Part shown: piece by piece, positions 50,869 through 64,000 of the stretch
Layout of the letters: every line of letters starts with the position of its first letter
Position numbering within the stretch: position 1 is the stretch's first letter
NCBI RefSeq assembly: GCF_018977255.1
Contig: NW_024704743.1
Coordinates: 76,138,001-76,202,000 of the forward strand
Reading direction: 5' to 3'
DNA length: 64,000 nucleotides
Source: Callorhinchus milii
Lineage: Eukaryota
Translations under genes and position numbers: made by a program
Notes under the pieces: generated by a model
What the model saw: only the letters and a program-made list of their open reading frames with translations
Databases searched by the model: none
Told to the model about the DNA's origin: nothing

Positions 50869-51460
50869 ACACCATAGGTTTGCCATTAGGTTTTTTTTGT
50901 TTATTTTCCTTCTAAGGCCATAGTTCATAAAAGAAATTTAGAATTATTTTATATCCCCCCATGAAATTATCACTACGATCCAAAAATGAGGCATTGATGT
51001 TTGTGAATTGACATTATATGATATAAGCCATTAGATGGCAGCAGAGTTCAACAATCAAGAAGAAAAGCCTTATTCCAAACATGTGGTGTAGTACAAGTCT
51101 TAGTGAGGGATTGAGTAAATAGTTAATAACTCCTGTGATGGAGTTCATGTGGATCCAGTACTGACTTTTCTGTATTATATAAAAGCTGCAAATATCACAG
51201 AACAGCTGCACCACTATTAATCCCCCAAATTCTCCAGTGTGTCTATAATAAACAGACACTAATAAATTTGTTAATTTAACAAATTGGGTGGACCACCTTT
51301 CTTTCATTTTGGGGACATCAGTTTGAATAGAAGCCAGGAATGCTGTAGTTGGACATACTGTATGTCAACTATGTTAGAATAAAATTATTTTGACAAATTG
51401 ATAGTCTCACTCAGATATCTTACGAAAGAGTGGTCTAGAAAATGAAAATGTCACAATATT

Positions 51461-51760
51461 AATAATAATCCTTGCATTTGATATAGCACTTTTCATGTTT
51501 TCTAGACGTCTCAAAGTGCTTCATAGAATAGACTGTAAAGTGAATTGACTGTAAATTTATAGGCAAAATGCAGCTGCCACTTGCGCACAGCGGTGTCCCA
51601 CAAACAGTTGTGGATTGAAATGACCACTTTTTTTTTTGGAGGGATTATTATCAGGCATGTGAAGTAAGAAAACTTACCCAAGGTTTCACCCTACCAGGAA
51701 TTGAACCCAAATCTCTCGCTTGCAAAGTGAGTGCTCTGACCACTGAGCTACAGGACTCCA
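51461..51760 (-). mobile_element. Full-length tRNA-derived SINE
   Basis: A/B-box head and (TAT)n tail as in 26726-27048. Confidence 0.88.
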
Positions 51761-53479
51761 CATTGATACAATAGGGAGTGCATAGGTAACTTTATTGTAA
51801 GGCTGTCCATGCTATACCTGACCTAGACCCGCTTGATGTTGACACAAAGTACCCCAAATAGAAAATTGTCCAGATCTCAACACAATCTTCTGCTGCTCGC
51901 TAAAAGTAACAATTTTATTATTGTCATAATATTATTAACAATATCACAATAATAATCCTTGCATTTCATATCATAGCTTCCAATAGGAGGGTGTATCATT
52001 CGAGAGAATGTTTTAAAGTGCTTCACAGGAATTACTGAAGTGTAGTGACTGTATTTTTGTAGGCAACTGCTATGTCTATATAACACATTTCTCAGTGACA
52101 ACCCTTAGGTTGGTGGACTCAATTATTCACCAATAATTGATAATATAGTAAGTACATCCAGAGATTCATGCACTTGGTATTTAACAATTGATCCTGATAT
52201 CCTGAAAGTTATCCTGATATAATGACATGAAAGGGGAAGATAAGGGAAAGGAAATGGAATCTCATTGTATATAAGACAGATATAAAGGTGGCTTCACTAT
52301 TTTATCTGAAAGATGTAAACTCAGCTACTAAATAAGAAGCCTCCAACAATCCATATATATAGTATATAATATATAGAGAGAAAGGAACTGTATAATTTCA
52401 CGGTCTGAAAACTGGTTTAAACAAGTAGCTGAGATTGATCTACGTGGGAATCATGCAATGGAAACAATATATTTGAGAGGTTCCTGGGTTGTTCAGATCA
52501 AAATTACAGATCTCATAACACAAGTGAGTTAACATTGACCTCATGTTGCCTAGAGAATGAGTTATTTTATGGATCCATGGTGACAGTTTAATTAAGTGCT
52601 ATGGAAATCATGACTTATTTCCGTACTAAACTTTCTCAGTAAAAGGCTGATATCTGATATGTATTCTGTCATTCTGATGACCCTAAGTAAACATACAAAT
52701 CTTGCAAACTTTTTGTCACAATATTCATATGCTTTTTCAAAAGAACCAAAAGCCAACCAAAAAATAAAGTACATGCCTATGATGAACTTGTTTGTGATTA
52801 AGTTTTCTTTATTGGGGAGTGTGGTATAAATCATCACTTCTCATTCGATAATCCTGCCTAAAATAATAGATACTCATGATCAGTATCTGATGTCCTGCAA
52901 ATATTCATTAAGCAAATGACCAATTTTATTTTGGGGAGTTGTTGGACAGGGCAACAGGAGAAATTCCCTTCTCTTCAACTGTTGCCATGGGTGCTTTAAT
53001 GTCCATTTGAACAGCAAACAGGACCTTGTTTTAATGTCTCCTCCAAAAGAGGGCACCTCAAACAATACAGCAATCCCCAACCCAGTATTGAAGTGTCAGC
53101 CTAGATTATGTAAATTCAAAGTCCTAGAAAATATGAAATATTAATTTTTTACCTCACTTCAACCTTATTTGGAGAAGATATTTATAACACTTGTGTAATA
53201 CTTATCGTGTGTGTGGGTATGTAGGTGTGTGCCTTATTAGCAATTGAATGAGCAGTCTTTTTAAAATTCCCTTATTGTTTTTACGTTGATATACAGTTTT
53301 AAAACACAAAGTGCACATACTAGCGTGATCAACGCAAATTAACAATATTGAATGTAATAATTCTTAAATACACTGCAAATGTACCGTTGTGGCAGTCATT
53401 GTGTAAAGAATGAATCCCTTCGACTGGCTGCCTCCCTACTTTTAAACCCCACCTTAAGACTTATCTGTTTGATTCTCTC

Positions 53480-54750
53480 CAATCTCCTCTCCAACCTCCC
53501 TTTCCTCTCTAAGGTCCTGGAACAAGTAGTTGCTTCCCAGCTTCGCTTCTTCCTCTCCCGCCACTCCATTCATGAACCCCTCCAATCGGGTTTCCATGCC
53601 GCCCAAAATACAGAAACACCTTTGGTCAAAGTGACAAATGACATTCTGTCCATCTGCGACAGGGCTCCCTCTGCCTCCTCGTCCTCCTTAACCTCTCTGC
53701 TGCCTTCGACACCATTGACCATTCTCTCCTCATCCACTGCCTCTCCTCTCACCTCAACCTTCATGGTTCTGTCCTTGACTGGTTCAGATCGTACCTCTTG
53801 CACCGCCTCCACTTCATCTCCACGAACAGTTTCTTCTCTAGCCCCCGTACCATCTCGTGCAATGTTCCTCAGGGCTCCGTCCTTGGTCCCCTCCTCTTCA
53901 ATATCTATATGCTCCCTCTTGCTAACATCATTTGCAGACATGGGGTCAACTTCCACATGTTTGCGGATGACACCAAACTGTATCTCTCTGCCTCCACCTT
54001 TGACTCCAGGACCACTGCTGTCCTAACAGAATATCTGTCAGACATCAAGTCCTAGATTAGAGCTAACTTTCTTCAGTTGAATATCAACAAGACCGAGGTT
54101 CTCCTGATTGGCTCCCGTCAGCACCAACGCATTCACACCGCAGGCCACCGAAACCCTCATACACGCTTTCATAACCTCGATGCTTGACTATGCAAACTCC
54201 TTGCTTGTCGGCCTCCCCAACTCCTCCCTCCACAGGCTGCAGATCATCCAGAACTCTGCAGCCTTGGTCCTCTCTCGCACTAGGCTCTGCGACCCTATCA
54301 CTCCCATCCTTGCCCAACTCCATTGGCTTCCTATCACACAGAGGATACAGTTCAAGATCCTGGTCCTCACCTTCAAAGCTCTCCATGGTCTTGCCTACCT
54401 CTCCCTACCCCCACTATCCTGCCTGCTTCCTCCACTCAGTGGACTCCGGCCTGTTCCATGTCCCCCACCTCGCCCGCCCCACCATTGGTGAGCGGGCCTT
54501 CTGCCATTCTGCCCCCATCCTCTGGAACTCCATCCCACAGTCCCTCTACCTCATCCCCTCCCTTGCATTCTTCAAGGCCCATCTCAACACCCTCCTCTGT
54601 GACCGTACTTTCCCTGCTCCCCCCCCCCCCCCCGTTCCCACCCTCCGCAATCCCAACCTTCAGCTTGGGTCCGAAACAATGACTGTCCAGCGCCTTGAGA
54701 CGGCCTCTCCCGATGTGAAAGGCCCTAAACAAATGTAATTTTGTTGTTTA
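53480..54750 (+). mobile_element. L2 LINE RT/3' fragment
   Basis: SNLPFLSKVLE, VPQGSVLGPLLF, MFADDTKLY, LHWLPITQRIQFK in shifting frames; L2 tail. Confidence 0.9.
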
Positions 54751-56198
54751 TGTTGATTGTGCTTTCGGACATTTTTAACCCCCATCCCCAGCTAAGGTGA
54801 CCCGGCAGCTTTGTAAAGGGTGTTGAGATCTCCTCCCAATGTGAAAGATGCCATATGAATGTATATTGTATTGTGAAAGGCACTATACAAATGTAATTTT
54901 GTTGCTGTTGTATAAACGGCATCTTACCAGAAAGAAACATGAGCAGGGAGAAAGGTTAAATCTGCCATTAAAGTTTATTTCTTATTTCTGTACAGAGGAA
55001 TGTTGTGTTCCAGGAATTTAAAAGATGAAGGAATGCTGCACTTATGTGAGATAGACTAAACTCAGAAATTATTTTAATACAAAAATTTATGCCAAAAAAT
55101 GTTTTCATAATCCACTGTTCAGATCACAAGCAGATATTCTACATAACTTTTGAAGAGCTGTTCCAGCAGTTCAACCAAGCAAAACATTATTTCCTGCCAA
55201 TAAAACCATCCACAATTAAGGATTCATTTCTTAGGGATTGCTTACTCATCATTTTCATATGTTGTTTTCACCTCAGAATTTATTGAGGCTTTCATATAAT
55301 CCTTATGTTTCTGTTTATAACAATTGCATCTTGTTTTAGCAATGGGTTGAAAATTAGATGCACACGTAGATACAGCATGTTTCACATCGTGCAATGCACC
55401 AATATTTCCATTATTTAAAATACATTTTTCAGTTCAAAGGCATTTGAGAAAATGTTCTCCTGAAGAAATGAAACCTTTTTTTGTGCTTGGGCTTTTCAAA
55501 ACTACAAAAAGATTATAATATATAAAAAAATGAAAACAGACGTCAGTCTGAAAATATACCAGTCTTATATATTACACCGGTATTATTTTTTAAAAATTGG
55601 GCTAGGGTGGGAAATCCTCAGGTTTCTAAGTCTAACCACAATGCAAATGTGGGTTCACAACTAGTGTGGATTGGCAGCATAGCTACACTTAGTGACCTGA
55701 GGAACATTTCACTCAGTATATTTAAATAAGTAATGTATATATTTTATTTTGTTGTAGTATAATAATCAGTGATGTGAGAGTACATAATTCCCATCAGATT
55801 TACTTGCAAAGTACTTTTTCCAACACACACAGTACAGCAAAACAACCACATCAGTAGCACACATGTCCGAATGCTTAGCAGCATGGGTTAGACAGGAGGT
55901 GATCAATGCCATGTATTTGTTTGCTTTGAAATGTTACAAGTTAGACAGATGAAGACATAGAAAGGAAATGGCCACCACTTTGTAGTGCAAGCCAATGACT
56001 GTGGTGAGCAGAGCCTGGATATGACAATGCAAGGGCTTCTGAGAGTTGGTGACGCTACACAGACATTTTGGAAATGCAATAGTGCAATAAGGACCAGGCT
56101 GGAAATGAGAGAATGATGTGGAAATTGTGGCATGCCGCTGAAGCCAGGACGTGACCTCCATCATAAGGGACAATCCGTAGTTGCAGAAACTTCCCAGT

Positions 56199-56378
56199 TC
56201 ACAACTTCTTTGCTTTCTTTTCCTTGTTTTTATTTTTGGTGGGTTTCCTGGGGTTGGGGGGAGCTGGCTTGGTCTTCTTTGAGCTTGACTTGGGGGTACC
56301 ACTGCGCTCACTGCGTCCCACATTCCTTTCTTGCATGTTCTCCACTTGTTGTTGTTGCTCCAGTCTTTGTTCCCAGCG
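56199..56378 (-). CDS. Candidate terminal coding exon of an unidentified membrane protein gene (RWEQRLEQQQQ...KNKNKEKKAKKL*)
   Basis: tttatttag|CGC acceptor; 59 codons plus TGA; AATAAA on the minus strand at 55743-55748. Confidence 0.5.
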   Translation of the reverse strand, partial: RWEQRLEQQQQVENMQERNVGRSERSGTPKSSSKKTKPAPPNPRKPTKNKNKEKKAKKL

Positions 56379-56872
56379 CTAAATAAATAATAATATGATA
56401 ATAATAGTCCTTGCATTTTTATAGTACCTTTGAGCCATCTCAATGGGCTTCACAGGGTGTACGGTAAAGATGATTGACTGTATATTTTGTGGGCGAATTT
56501 AAAAATATATATCAATAAGAAAACGCTGCATAAAAGAGTTGGCTTTAAAACAGTCATGTCATCATTGAACTTTGGTAAACTGTTACTTTATTTGCTGAAA
56601 TTCACAACAGAATAATGTCAGTGTATTGCAAAAACATTACATGTGTTCCAGTTTGTGGTATTCCATAAGAGATTTCTTGAAAAGGATTTCAAGTTTTTCA
56701 ATTGGGAACTTCTTCTGGGCTACAGTAATCGCAACAGATGCCTTTGGTTGATTTCAAAGAACATTGTGTGATCAAATCGCTACAGTCAACAAAAATAGTC
56801 ACTACACTTGACAGTAATCATTTACTGAAACGTTTTAACCATGTGGGCACTATAAAAATACAAATACCGTAC

Positions 56873-56978
56873 TTGTTTCCTTCTGCAGTCAGCCACGACC
56901 ACTGGGAGGATGGAAATAATTAAGGCTACCAGCAGTTTGAATGAAGTCCAGACCGTGTCCACAAGTATGTAACATTGA
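56873..56978 (-). CDS. Candidate transmembrane exon (QCYILVDTVWTSFKLLVALIISILPVVVADCRRKQ)
   Basis: ctttccag|T ... CAA|gtacgg; hydrophobic run followed by RRK stop-transfer; alternative phase-0 acceptor at 57013. Confidence 0.5.
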
Positions 56979-57229
56979 CTGGAAAGCTGGGTGAAACCCA
57001 GGCCACTCATAGGCTTTGGTGGAATATGACAAAAATTGTTTTAAAAAAAATAATATGCTGCTCAACAGTGATGGAAAAATACATATTTTGAGCAATTTTG
57101 TTTTGAAAGGATTATTAGAACATTCTCTGCTAGTGCGTGAGAAGAGAAACATAATTTGTCATTGGTTAGCAGACGCTCATCATATGCCAATTACCAGTTA
57201 GCGCAATGGAAACCTGTGTTGTAATACCA

Positions 57230-57490
57230 ACAACAAATTACATTTGTATAGTGCCTTTCACGTCAGGAGACATCCCAAAGTGCTGGACAATCAGGAATTC
57301 GCACCCGAGTTGGTGGTTGGGATCAGGAGGGGTGGAGGGTGGGGAGGGTAGGGGTAGGAGGATGACTGAAGGCACGGTTGAAGAGGAGGGTCTTGAGACT
57401 GGTCTTGAAGGAGGGGGCAAGGTGGAAAGACTGTGGAATGGAGTTCCAGAGGGTGGTGGGCAGATAGAGGCTGAAGACCTGCCGGCCAAT
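57230..57490 (-). mobile_element. L2 3' fragment
   Basis: LWNSIPQS...FKTSLKTLLF remnant and tail. Confidence 0.8.
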
Positions 57491-59049
57491 GGTTGTACAT
57501 CCAGATTTTTGAAGTACAGATTTTGTATTCAATTAGGGCAAATAATGCCTCTCTGAATATACAATGGATATGTATGGGAGGTTCTGGGCTAATGTCAAAT
57601 CATTTATAATTTTATCTTGGACTGCAGATCAGAATAAAGTTAAGAACTCACTTCCACAGAATGATTTTTTTTACAATATCTATATTTAATAACATTACGT
57701 TTCTCAGCACTCCAAGACACTACCCCGCGTGAAGGGCACTATATGAATGCAAGTTGTTGTTGATGATTTGCCAATCTGACTGTCAGTGTAAGGACAGTTT
57801 CCTGAGTGTTTTAATCCTCAATGCTTCAATCCAGCCAGACCTTTATAAATTAGTATTTATTTTATTTTATCCGCTGTCGCTTCCACTACTCCCCTACTGT
57901 CCTCGACTACTTTATTCACCTTGATTAGGGAAAGTAACTATGGATAGAAAGTATTCGTTTTAAATTCAGAAATGATACCATTGTTACAATCTAGTCGCTG
58001 CACATTAGTTTTCTATTACATTACCATTTATAACCATGATTTAAGTTCACGGTGGTAATAAAATTGACAATTATTATTCCCCTGGGAGTACAGAGTATTG
58101 AACATGAACTGAATCAGTGAGATTAAGTATTGACTGCTCTTACAGCTATAACAAACCAAATAATGGCTACAAATCTTTCTGAAGCTGTTAAGTTCCAAAG
58201 TGCATGTGAAAGCAATAGCACAAAAATAATGGGCTTATAGGTCAGGAATGTCTCACATTCCTCAGTCTACTTTGTGTTGTGAAAATAAAAAAAGACTACA
58301 GTAGAATGTGTCCAGTCTCCATGTCAGGGCTCGGATCTCCTATAGTATAGGCTGACATTCTAAAACAGTGTATGTGGGGTGATGGGGGGAGGTGTCGGAG
58401 TTGCCATCCTTCAGATGAGACATTAAACCGAGGTCCCGTCTGCCTGTTTAGGTGAGTGTAAAAGATCCCTTAGCACTATTCAAAAATGAAGAGGGTTTCT
58501 CCCTGTGGCCTGGCTAACAATTCACTTCATGACTGTTTGTGGGACATTACTGTGTGCAAAGTGGCTGTGGCATTCCCCTATAAAAATACATAGTCACTCC
58601 ACTTTACAGTAAATCCTGTGAAGTGCTTTGAATCATCCTCCCAGCATTGGAAAACAGGTCGTTTTGTGTTTTTAAAAGAGGCTCAGCAGTATTTAGCAGC
58701 TAAACAATAGCTAAAAACAAGTAAAAGTCAGACGTCAGTCAGACATATTCTACACAACAGTCAGTCTCTAAAATTAGAAATACAAAAAAAATGCCAGTTA
58801 CTTAAAGAAAGTCAGCAGTTGATTGAAACAATGTTGGCAGTCAATCTGTCTGTGAAAATATAGCACATAAATAAATATCACATTTAAAGGTCACAAACTA
58901 GATCTGCACGGAATGACAGCTAACAGATGCGTTGAGGAGTCATGCAAGTGCATTGCTCAGTTTCTCTGAAAACTCTTTTTTTCCACATAACAACTTGCCA
59001 AAAACATGTGGAACAAAAACACCCTCTTCAAACCTTAGAAACACCTCAC

Positions 59050-59223
59050 TGCAATACAGTTTTTCTTATTGTTTTGTTCATGGATATTATTGCTGAGAAA
59101 TGACAACATTTTTCCATTTGTACTACAGCGGTGCAATTAGATATCCCGGGAAAATCATCTCCTTGAGGTGGTCTCGGCAGTTGGTTTACAGCATATACAG
59201 CTTCAGGCTCACAAGCCTCGAGC
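59050..59223 (-). CDS. Candidate Cys-rich exon (LEACEPEAV...FPGISNCTAVVQMEKCCHF...KTVL)
   Basis: Only open frame of the three; donor CA|gtgagg is phase 2 and joins 56978 in frame; acceptor position uncertain. Confidence 0.4.
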
Positions 59224-59492
59224 CTAATTTTCATTACACATTTTGCTATTATTTGATGCAATTTGCATTGGAAAAAGTAAAGTATAAGCTAAGTGTAGTC
59301 ACAGTGCTAAAATAAGGGGAATTTTGTTCTTTGAGCCTATGTGTATTAAGAATTGAACTGAGACCAACAAGCTCCTTTCACATAGGATCCTTAGCAGATA
59401 TCAAGCAACAACAAGCCATTCTTTAAATGCATCCAGTGTACTGGTCCCTTCCTGGCAACCTGTTGCACTTGTTAATTATCCTCTGGGTAAAG

Positions 59493-59560
59493 CAGTGGTG
59501 GCCAACCTATGGTCTGCGGGCCGGAAGTGATCCACCGAACATTCCCACCAGTCCAGACAG
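59493..59560 (+). mobile_element. hAT-like transposon terminus (single end)
   Basis: cagtggtggccaacctatggtctgcgggccgg resembles hAT/Charlie ends; no partner end found. Confidence 0.45.
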
Positions 59561-59809
59561 TCCGATCCAAATCAAGGCCTTGTTTCCAGTAGCTACCGAG
59601 CGGCAATGACCATTGCATGGCCCTTTAGAATTGACAATAGGTCATTGACCTGAAACTTTAACTCACTTTCTTCTCTCCATAGATGCTGCCTGACTTGCTG
59701 AGTATTCTCAGCGACTTCTGTTTCTATTTCAGGTTTCCAGCATCTGCAGTTTTTGCCTTTTGTTTTTCCCGTTTTTCTGCTGTCTTGCTGCATCCTAAAC
59801 TATTGTTAC

Positions 59810-60170
59810 TTTTTCAATCCCATTTGTAAGATCCAGCTTGAGTTGTTTTCTCTCAAAACTTAAGAGCTCCAGCTTGACTAATTGCTCATAGCTCATTCAC
59901 CTAACACTGGGGATCATCTTTGTTGTTCTGCACTGCATCTAAGGTGTGGGCAGCTCCCAGAACTGTAAACAGAACTCTTGGTACAGTCTGATCAGAGCAC
60001 TATATTGCTTCAGTATGACATCTGAGGATCTGAACTCAACTCAGTGTTGCCTTTCATCATTTTAACATGGTGAACAAGGAGTCAACTAACACCGCTAGAT
60101 CTCTTTCAGCTTCCACTTTGGCAAGTTCTACTTCACCCATAAAGTACATGTGTTTCCTATTTTTATTTCC
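59810..60170 (-). mobile_element. Old CR1-like fragment
   Basis: LDAVQ..TKMIPSV..MSYEQ..LELLSFERKQLKLDL remnant. Confidence 0.6.
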
Positions 60171-60201
60171 TCATCAAATCTTTGTTCCATATGAATCTTA
60201 C

Positions 60202-60265
60202 CTTCAATCGTTTAACCCATAGCTCTTTCCATTTTTCAACAACGCATCCTTCAAAGAGCATTAGT
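60202..60265 (-). other. Candidate exon (5' UTR or coding MLFEGCVVEKWKELWVKRLK) of the upstream gene
   Basis: Strong splice sites tcattttcttcccag| and AAG|gtaaga; one open frame. Confidence 0.4.
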
Positions 60266-60654
60266 CTGGGAAGAAAATGATAAAGAAACATGTCAGACTA
60301 GGCTTTCCAGTTACAGTTACGTCATAAATGTTTACAGGAGTATACCTGTTGTTTATTATCCACACACCTATGCTAAGGTTAGGTAAAATTTCAATGGGTA
60401 TATGTTAGCAAAGCAGGTAGTGTTTATCTTAGAGTTCTTATAACTATAAAAATGGTTCCAGGTGAATAAAAAAAGATGTATAATATTTTAACATGATTTC
60501 CTTTTAGGATAATTACAGAATACTTTCTACATAAACTTTGAGCGAATCTCTCACTGAGGAGTCTCAGAGTGGTTCATTGGATTGTCACTAACAATAGAAC
60601 CAGCAACCAAAACCTCTGTGGATAGATGCTGAGCAGAATCAAGGGAGTTCTAAA

Positions 60655-61090
60655 TAATAATAATAATTCTTTGCTCTTGTTATAGACCACTTCAGGTCAG
60701 AAGGACGTCTCAAAGCACTTTACAGGATTTACTGTAAAGTGTAGTGTCTGTGTATTTTGTAGATGAATGCAACAGGCAATCTGTGCATTGCAATGTACCA
60801 TATACAGCTTTAAAGTAAATGACCAATTTTATCTGGGGCATTGTTGGCCAGAACACCATGAGAAACCACCTATGTTTTTTGAATAGTACCAGGATCTTCA
60901 ATGTCCACGCAAACAGACATATGGGACCTCAGCTTAATGTCTCATTTGAAGGACAGTACCTCCAACAATGTAGCAACCCCGCAACACGTCATTGGAAAGT
61001 CAGCCCAGATTGTATGAGTTCAAAGTAACACTGTGGTGCTTGAATCCATAACCTTCGAAGTCAGAAGCAATAGTGCTATCAACTAAGCCA
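60655..61090 (-). mobile_element. Older tRNA-derived SINE
   Basis: Related to 27762-28152. Confidence 0.7.
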
Positions 61091-62959
61091 GAATGACACC
61101 CATTAATGTTATCACCTGTAATTACTGTATCTACACTGAAGCTGCAAAGAAAAAGACCACTGATTTTGGTCTGAGTGTGACTTTAGTGAGATTAAAAAGA
61201 TCATCTGCCCTATCATGTCCACTTAAGCAACTTGAATTTGTACTGTCAAGAAATGTAATGCAGTGTCAAAGGATGCCAATTGTCTTGTGGTCTGTTGTTG
61301 CAGACAATACTGCATAAGGTTCTCTAGAGAAAGCTCTGCACAGGATCAAGTGACAGTCAGAAGGCTGATCCCGTTGAGCTATTTCATTAGGAAGTGTGGA
61401 TTATTCCCTTCAGAAAGCGGTTTCTCTTCATTTCTTTCCTCCTCTGCATTGGTTAGTGCTTTTTGGCTGCAATTGGGTCAAGATGGACCACCAGTGGAGT
61501 CATGAATGAATTTCTTCTTTGTGTAAATTGACCACAAACTACTCCTGAACTGCAAGTATACAAATATAAAACAACTGTCCCTGATAGGCAGTGAAGTAAA
61601 GCTAATTAATCCACTTACAAAATATAGAAATAGAAAATGATAAACACACAGAAAGAAACATCTGCATGTGATGATCAAGAGTTTACTAAATGCTATACCA
61701 TTAATAAACAGACACAGAAAAATGTTCTGAACTGTGCTTTTGCAAGGGCTGCTCTTTGTGTACAACACTCACTGGATGAGGAAGACTTTGAAGGAGTTGC
61801 AGGCTGATTTGTCTGGAAAGTGCAAGTGTTTTGTGATCATTCTTTCTGGCCAAATGTTTTCATTTATTTTGTCCTATGTGACTTAGTTTATCTGCTATAC
61901 AGCTTTTTGTAGTATATTCTGTCTCAATTTGGACATACATTTAACTTTGTGGATCCACATACATTTCTTCCGATAGTCGCATTTTTAGGTTTTATGCTGG
62001 CTCAAGTCTTGTCAAACCTTGTCGCAGCTGACAGCTTCATAATTGTTTGGAAGTTTAAATGCTGCAAAAATAAATCTAATAGCTAACACATGAGCTTGGA
62101 AAATCTTGGAGAAAATTCAAGGGGAAAAGATGAATTGTTGATTTTCATTCAATATCAGGAAATGCCTTTGATTTTATTGCTACAGCAGATGGAAGTGTCC
62201 ATCAAGTTAACTGACATCCATGTGTATACAGAATGGAATGTAGCTCTGTAGCCATTTGAGCAATGCCCTTTCTCATTGTTTGACTGCATCCACGTGTTCT
62301 TATTTATCACTGCGGGCAATAGGTGTAGACTCCTGAAAAGGGAGGGAGGAGGTTGAGTAAAGTAGAGAAAGTCTGCAGAAAGTGATGTGCACCTCTTTGT
62401 TTTTCTCCTGCTCTAGGCACAGTCGGTACAGTAGATGTCAACAACAAATTGTATGCATAGAGTGCCTTTCATATTGGTAGAATGCCCCAAAACAATGTGC
62501 AGTCAGATCTATGTCCCAAAGGTCTGCAGGTTTCTTTTTGGGGGGAAGGGGTGAAATGATTTTTTACTGTGGTTGCACTTTCTTGCAACGAAAAGAAAAA
62601 GTGTCTGTAAGATTGCAGATGGCAGGGGTTCCTTGCCTAGGTGGCAGTAGGCCAAGTGTGCATTGATTTGGGTGCAGGAGAAGGGTAAGACCAGTTGCAG
62701 ACTCATTGACTTTTATGATGTCTGTCCATGATGGCCAGAGACAGTGCATGACCACAATATGTGCAGGATTATGGCTACACCTCCCTCTGCAGTCACCTCC
62801 ACCAGCTCACATCAGTCTGGACTTTGTGTGAGAATGAATGGTAGGATTCAGTATTGCTAAATTGATCCCAATTATTAATACAACACAGGGATTCCTCCTC
62901 TGAATCTGCTTCTCTTGTTAACTCCAATATCCAGATAATATTGGCCTTAGATATTAAGG

Positions 62960-63425
62960 CCTTAAAGGAGCTGCAGAGGAGGTTTACGAAAATAATTCCA
63001 GGGATGAAGGACTACAGTTATGAGGAGAGATTGGAGAAGCTGGGCCTGTTTCCATTGGAGCAGAGAAGGTTGAGGGCGGATTGAGGTGTACGACGTTATG
63101 AGGGGTTTGGACAGGGTAATTAGGGAAAAGTTATTTCCATTGATAGGGGTGTCGGTGACTTGGGATACAGTTATAAGATAGCCACAAAAACAGCGAAAGG
63201 AGAATTTAGGTGGATTTTTTCACTCAGAGAGTAGTTGAGGTGTGGAACCATGCCAAGTAGGGTGGTGGAGGCAGATTCCATTGTAGTTTTCAAGAGGGAA
63301 ATGGACAAGTATTTGAAAGAGAGGGACTGAAGGAGTATAGAGATAAGCCAGAGAGTGGGATTGAATTGGTCTCCTTGCTCTGTGCCGACTGCCAATGGGC
63401 CAAATGGCTTCCTTCTGCGCCATTT
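62960..63425 (+). mobile_element. CR1 3' fragment
   Basis: QRRFTKIIPGMKDYSYEERLEKLGLFPLEQRRLR remnant. Confidence 0.85.
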
Positions 63426-63739
63426 TTTATACATTTCTGTTTCTATCTGTTGCACGCACACCTCTTCTTTCCTGCATTTATTTTTATCTCCTGTTTTATT
63501 TAATCTTGTTCACAATTAAGTCTTTTCCAATCAGCCTGAGGATCAACTGGCTGATCATATTCTTTGATTGGGGACAACAAGGATTTCACAGCTCCTCGGC
63601 AAATCAATGTTGGAATGGACAAAAAAGGATCCCAGAGGCCATTCCAGGACTTAACAATTTACAAAACTAAAAATTACAGATTTCTCTCTCTATACTTGGA
63701 ATAGTTCTATTGGGGGTGGCATTGGGTGGAATGTCAGCC

Positions 63740-64000
63740 TATCTCAATTGATAGCATTCTCACATCTGATCAGAAGGTTGTAGGTTCCAGCCCCATATCA
63801 GGACTTGGAACCCACCTAGTCTAGGGGTCTTGCATTCTAATGCAGTGCTGGGGGTGTACTGTATTTTTGGAGGTGCCGTCCTTCAGATGAGACATTGAAC
63901 AGACATCCTGTTTGTCTGTTTAGGTGGAAGTTAAAGATCCTATGGCACTATTTGAAAAGAGAAGTGTTCTCTCCAACAATTCCCCCCCCCCCCACCGAAA
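63740..64000 (+). mobile_element. Older tRNA-derived SINE (runs to window end)
   Basis: Head tcaattgatagcattctcacatctgatcagaaggttgtaggttccagccc and shared body. Confidence 0.7.

Noticed and set aside
58144..58233. 90-nt candidate exon (PIIFVLLLSHALWNLTASERFVAIIWFVIA) of the upstream gene
   Set aside because: Good donor but weak acceptor, and it is phase-incompatible with the 59050 exon. It could join the alternative 57013 acceptor, but nothing else supports it.
59901..59938. 38-nt exon that would bridge 60202 and 59223 in frame
   Set aside because: It lies inside an old CR1 remnant, so the phase fit may be coincidence; not called without transcript data.
61116..61549. Exon with a strong acceptor at 61549 (minus)
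   Set aside because: All three frames close quickly; at best a non-coding exon, with an uncertain donor.

Overview
Vertebrate genomic DNA, most likely a cartilaginous fish such as a chimaera (inferred from the repeat landscape of L2 and CR1 LINEs plus tRNA-derived SINEs). The main feature is a minus-strand VPS8-family gene (CORVET tethering subunit). I reconstructed 36 GT-AG exons from the ATG at 48981 down to 856; they splice in phase into an uninterrupted 3171-nt (1057-aa) frame that continues past the window start. The protein is unusually diverged from vertebrate VPS8 as I recall it and has lost a normally invariant motif, suggesting a second VPS8 paralog. Upstream on the same strand (about 55.7-60.3 kb) is a candidate small gene I cannot name, encoding a Cys-rich segment, one transmembrane helix and a Lys-rich tail. 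The introns hold a near full-length degenerate CR1 whose ORF1 start codon has been amplified as a 49-bp minisatellite, a TSD-bounded L2, many SINE/LINE fragments, a hAT-type MITE and an unclassified dispersed repeat. No prokaryotic features, CRISPR arrays or true RNA genes were seen.
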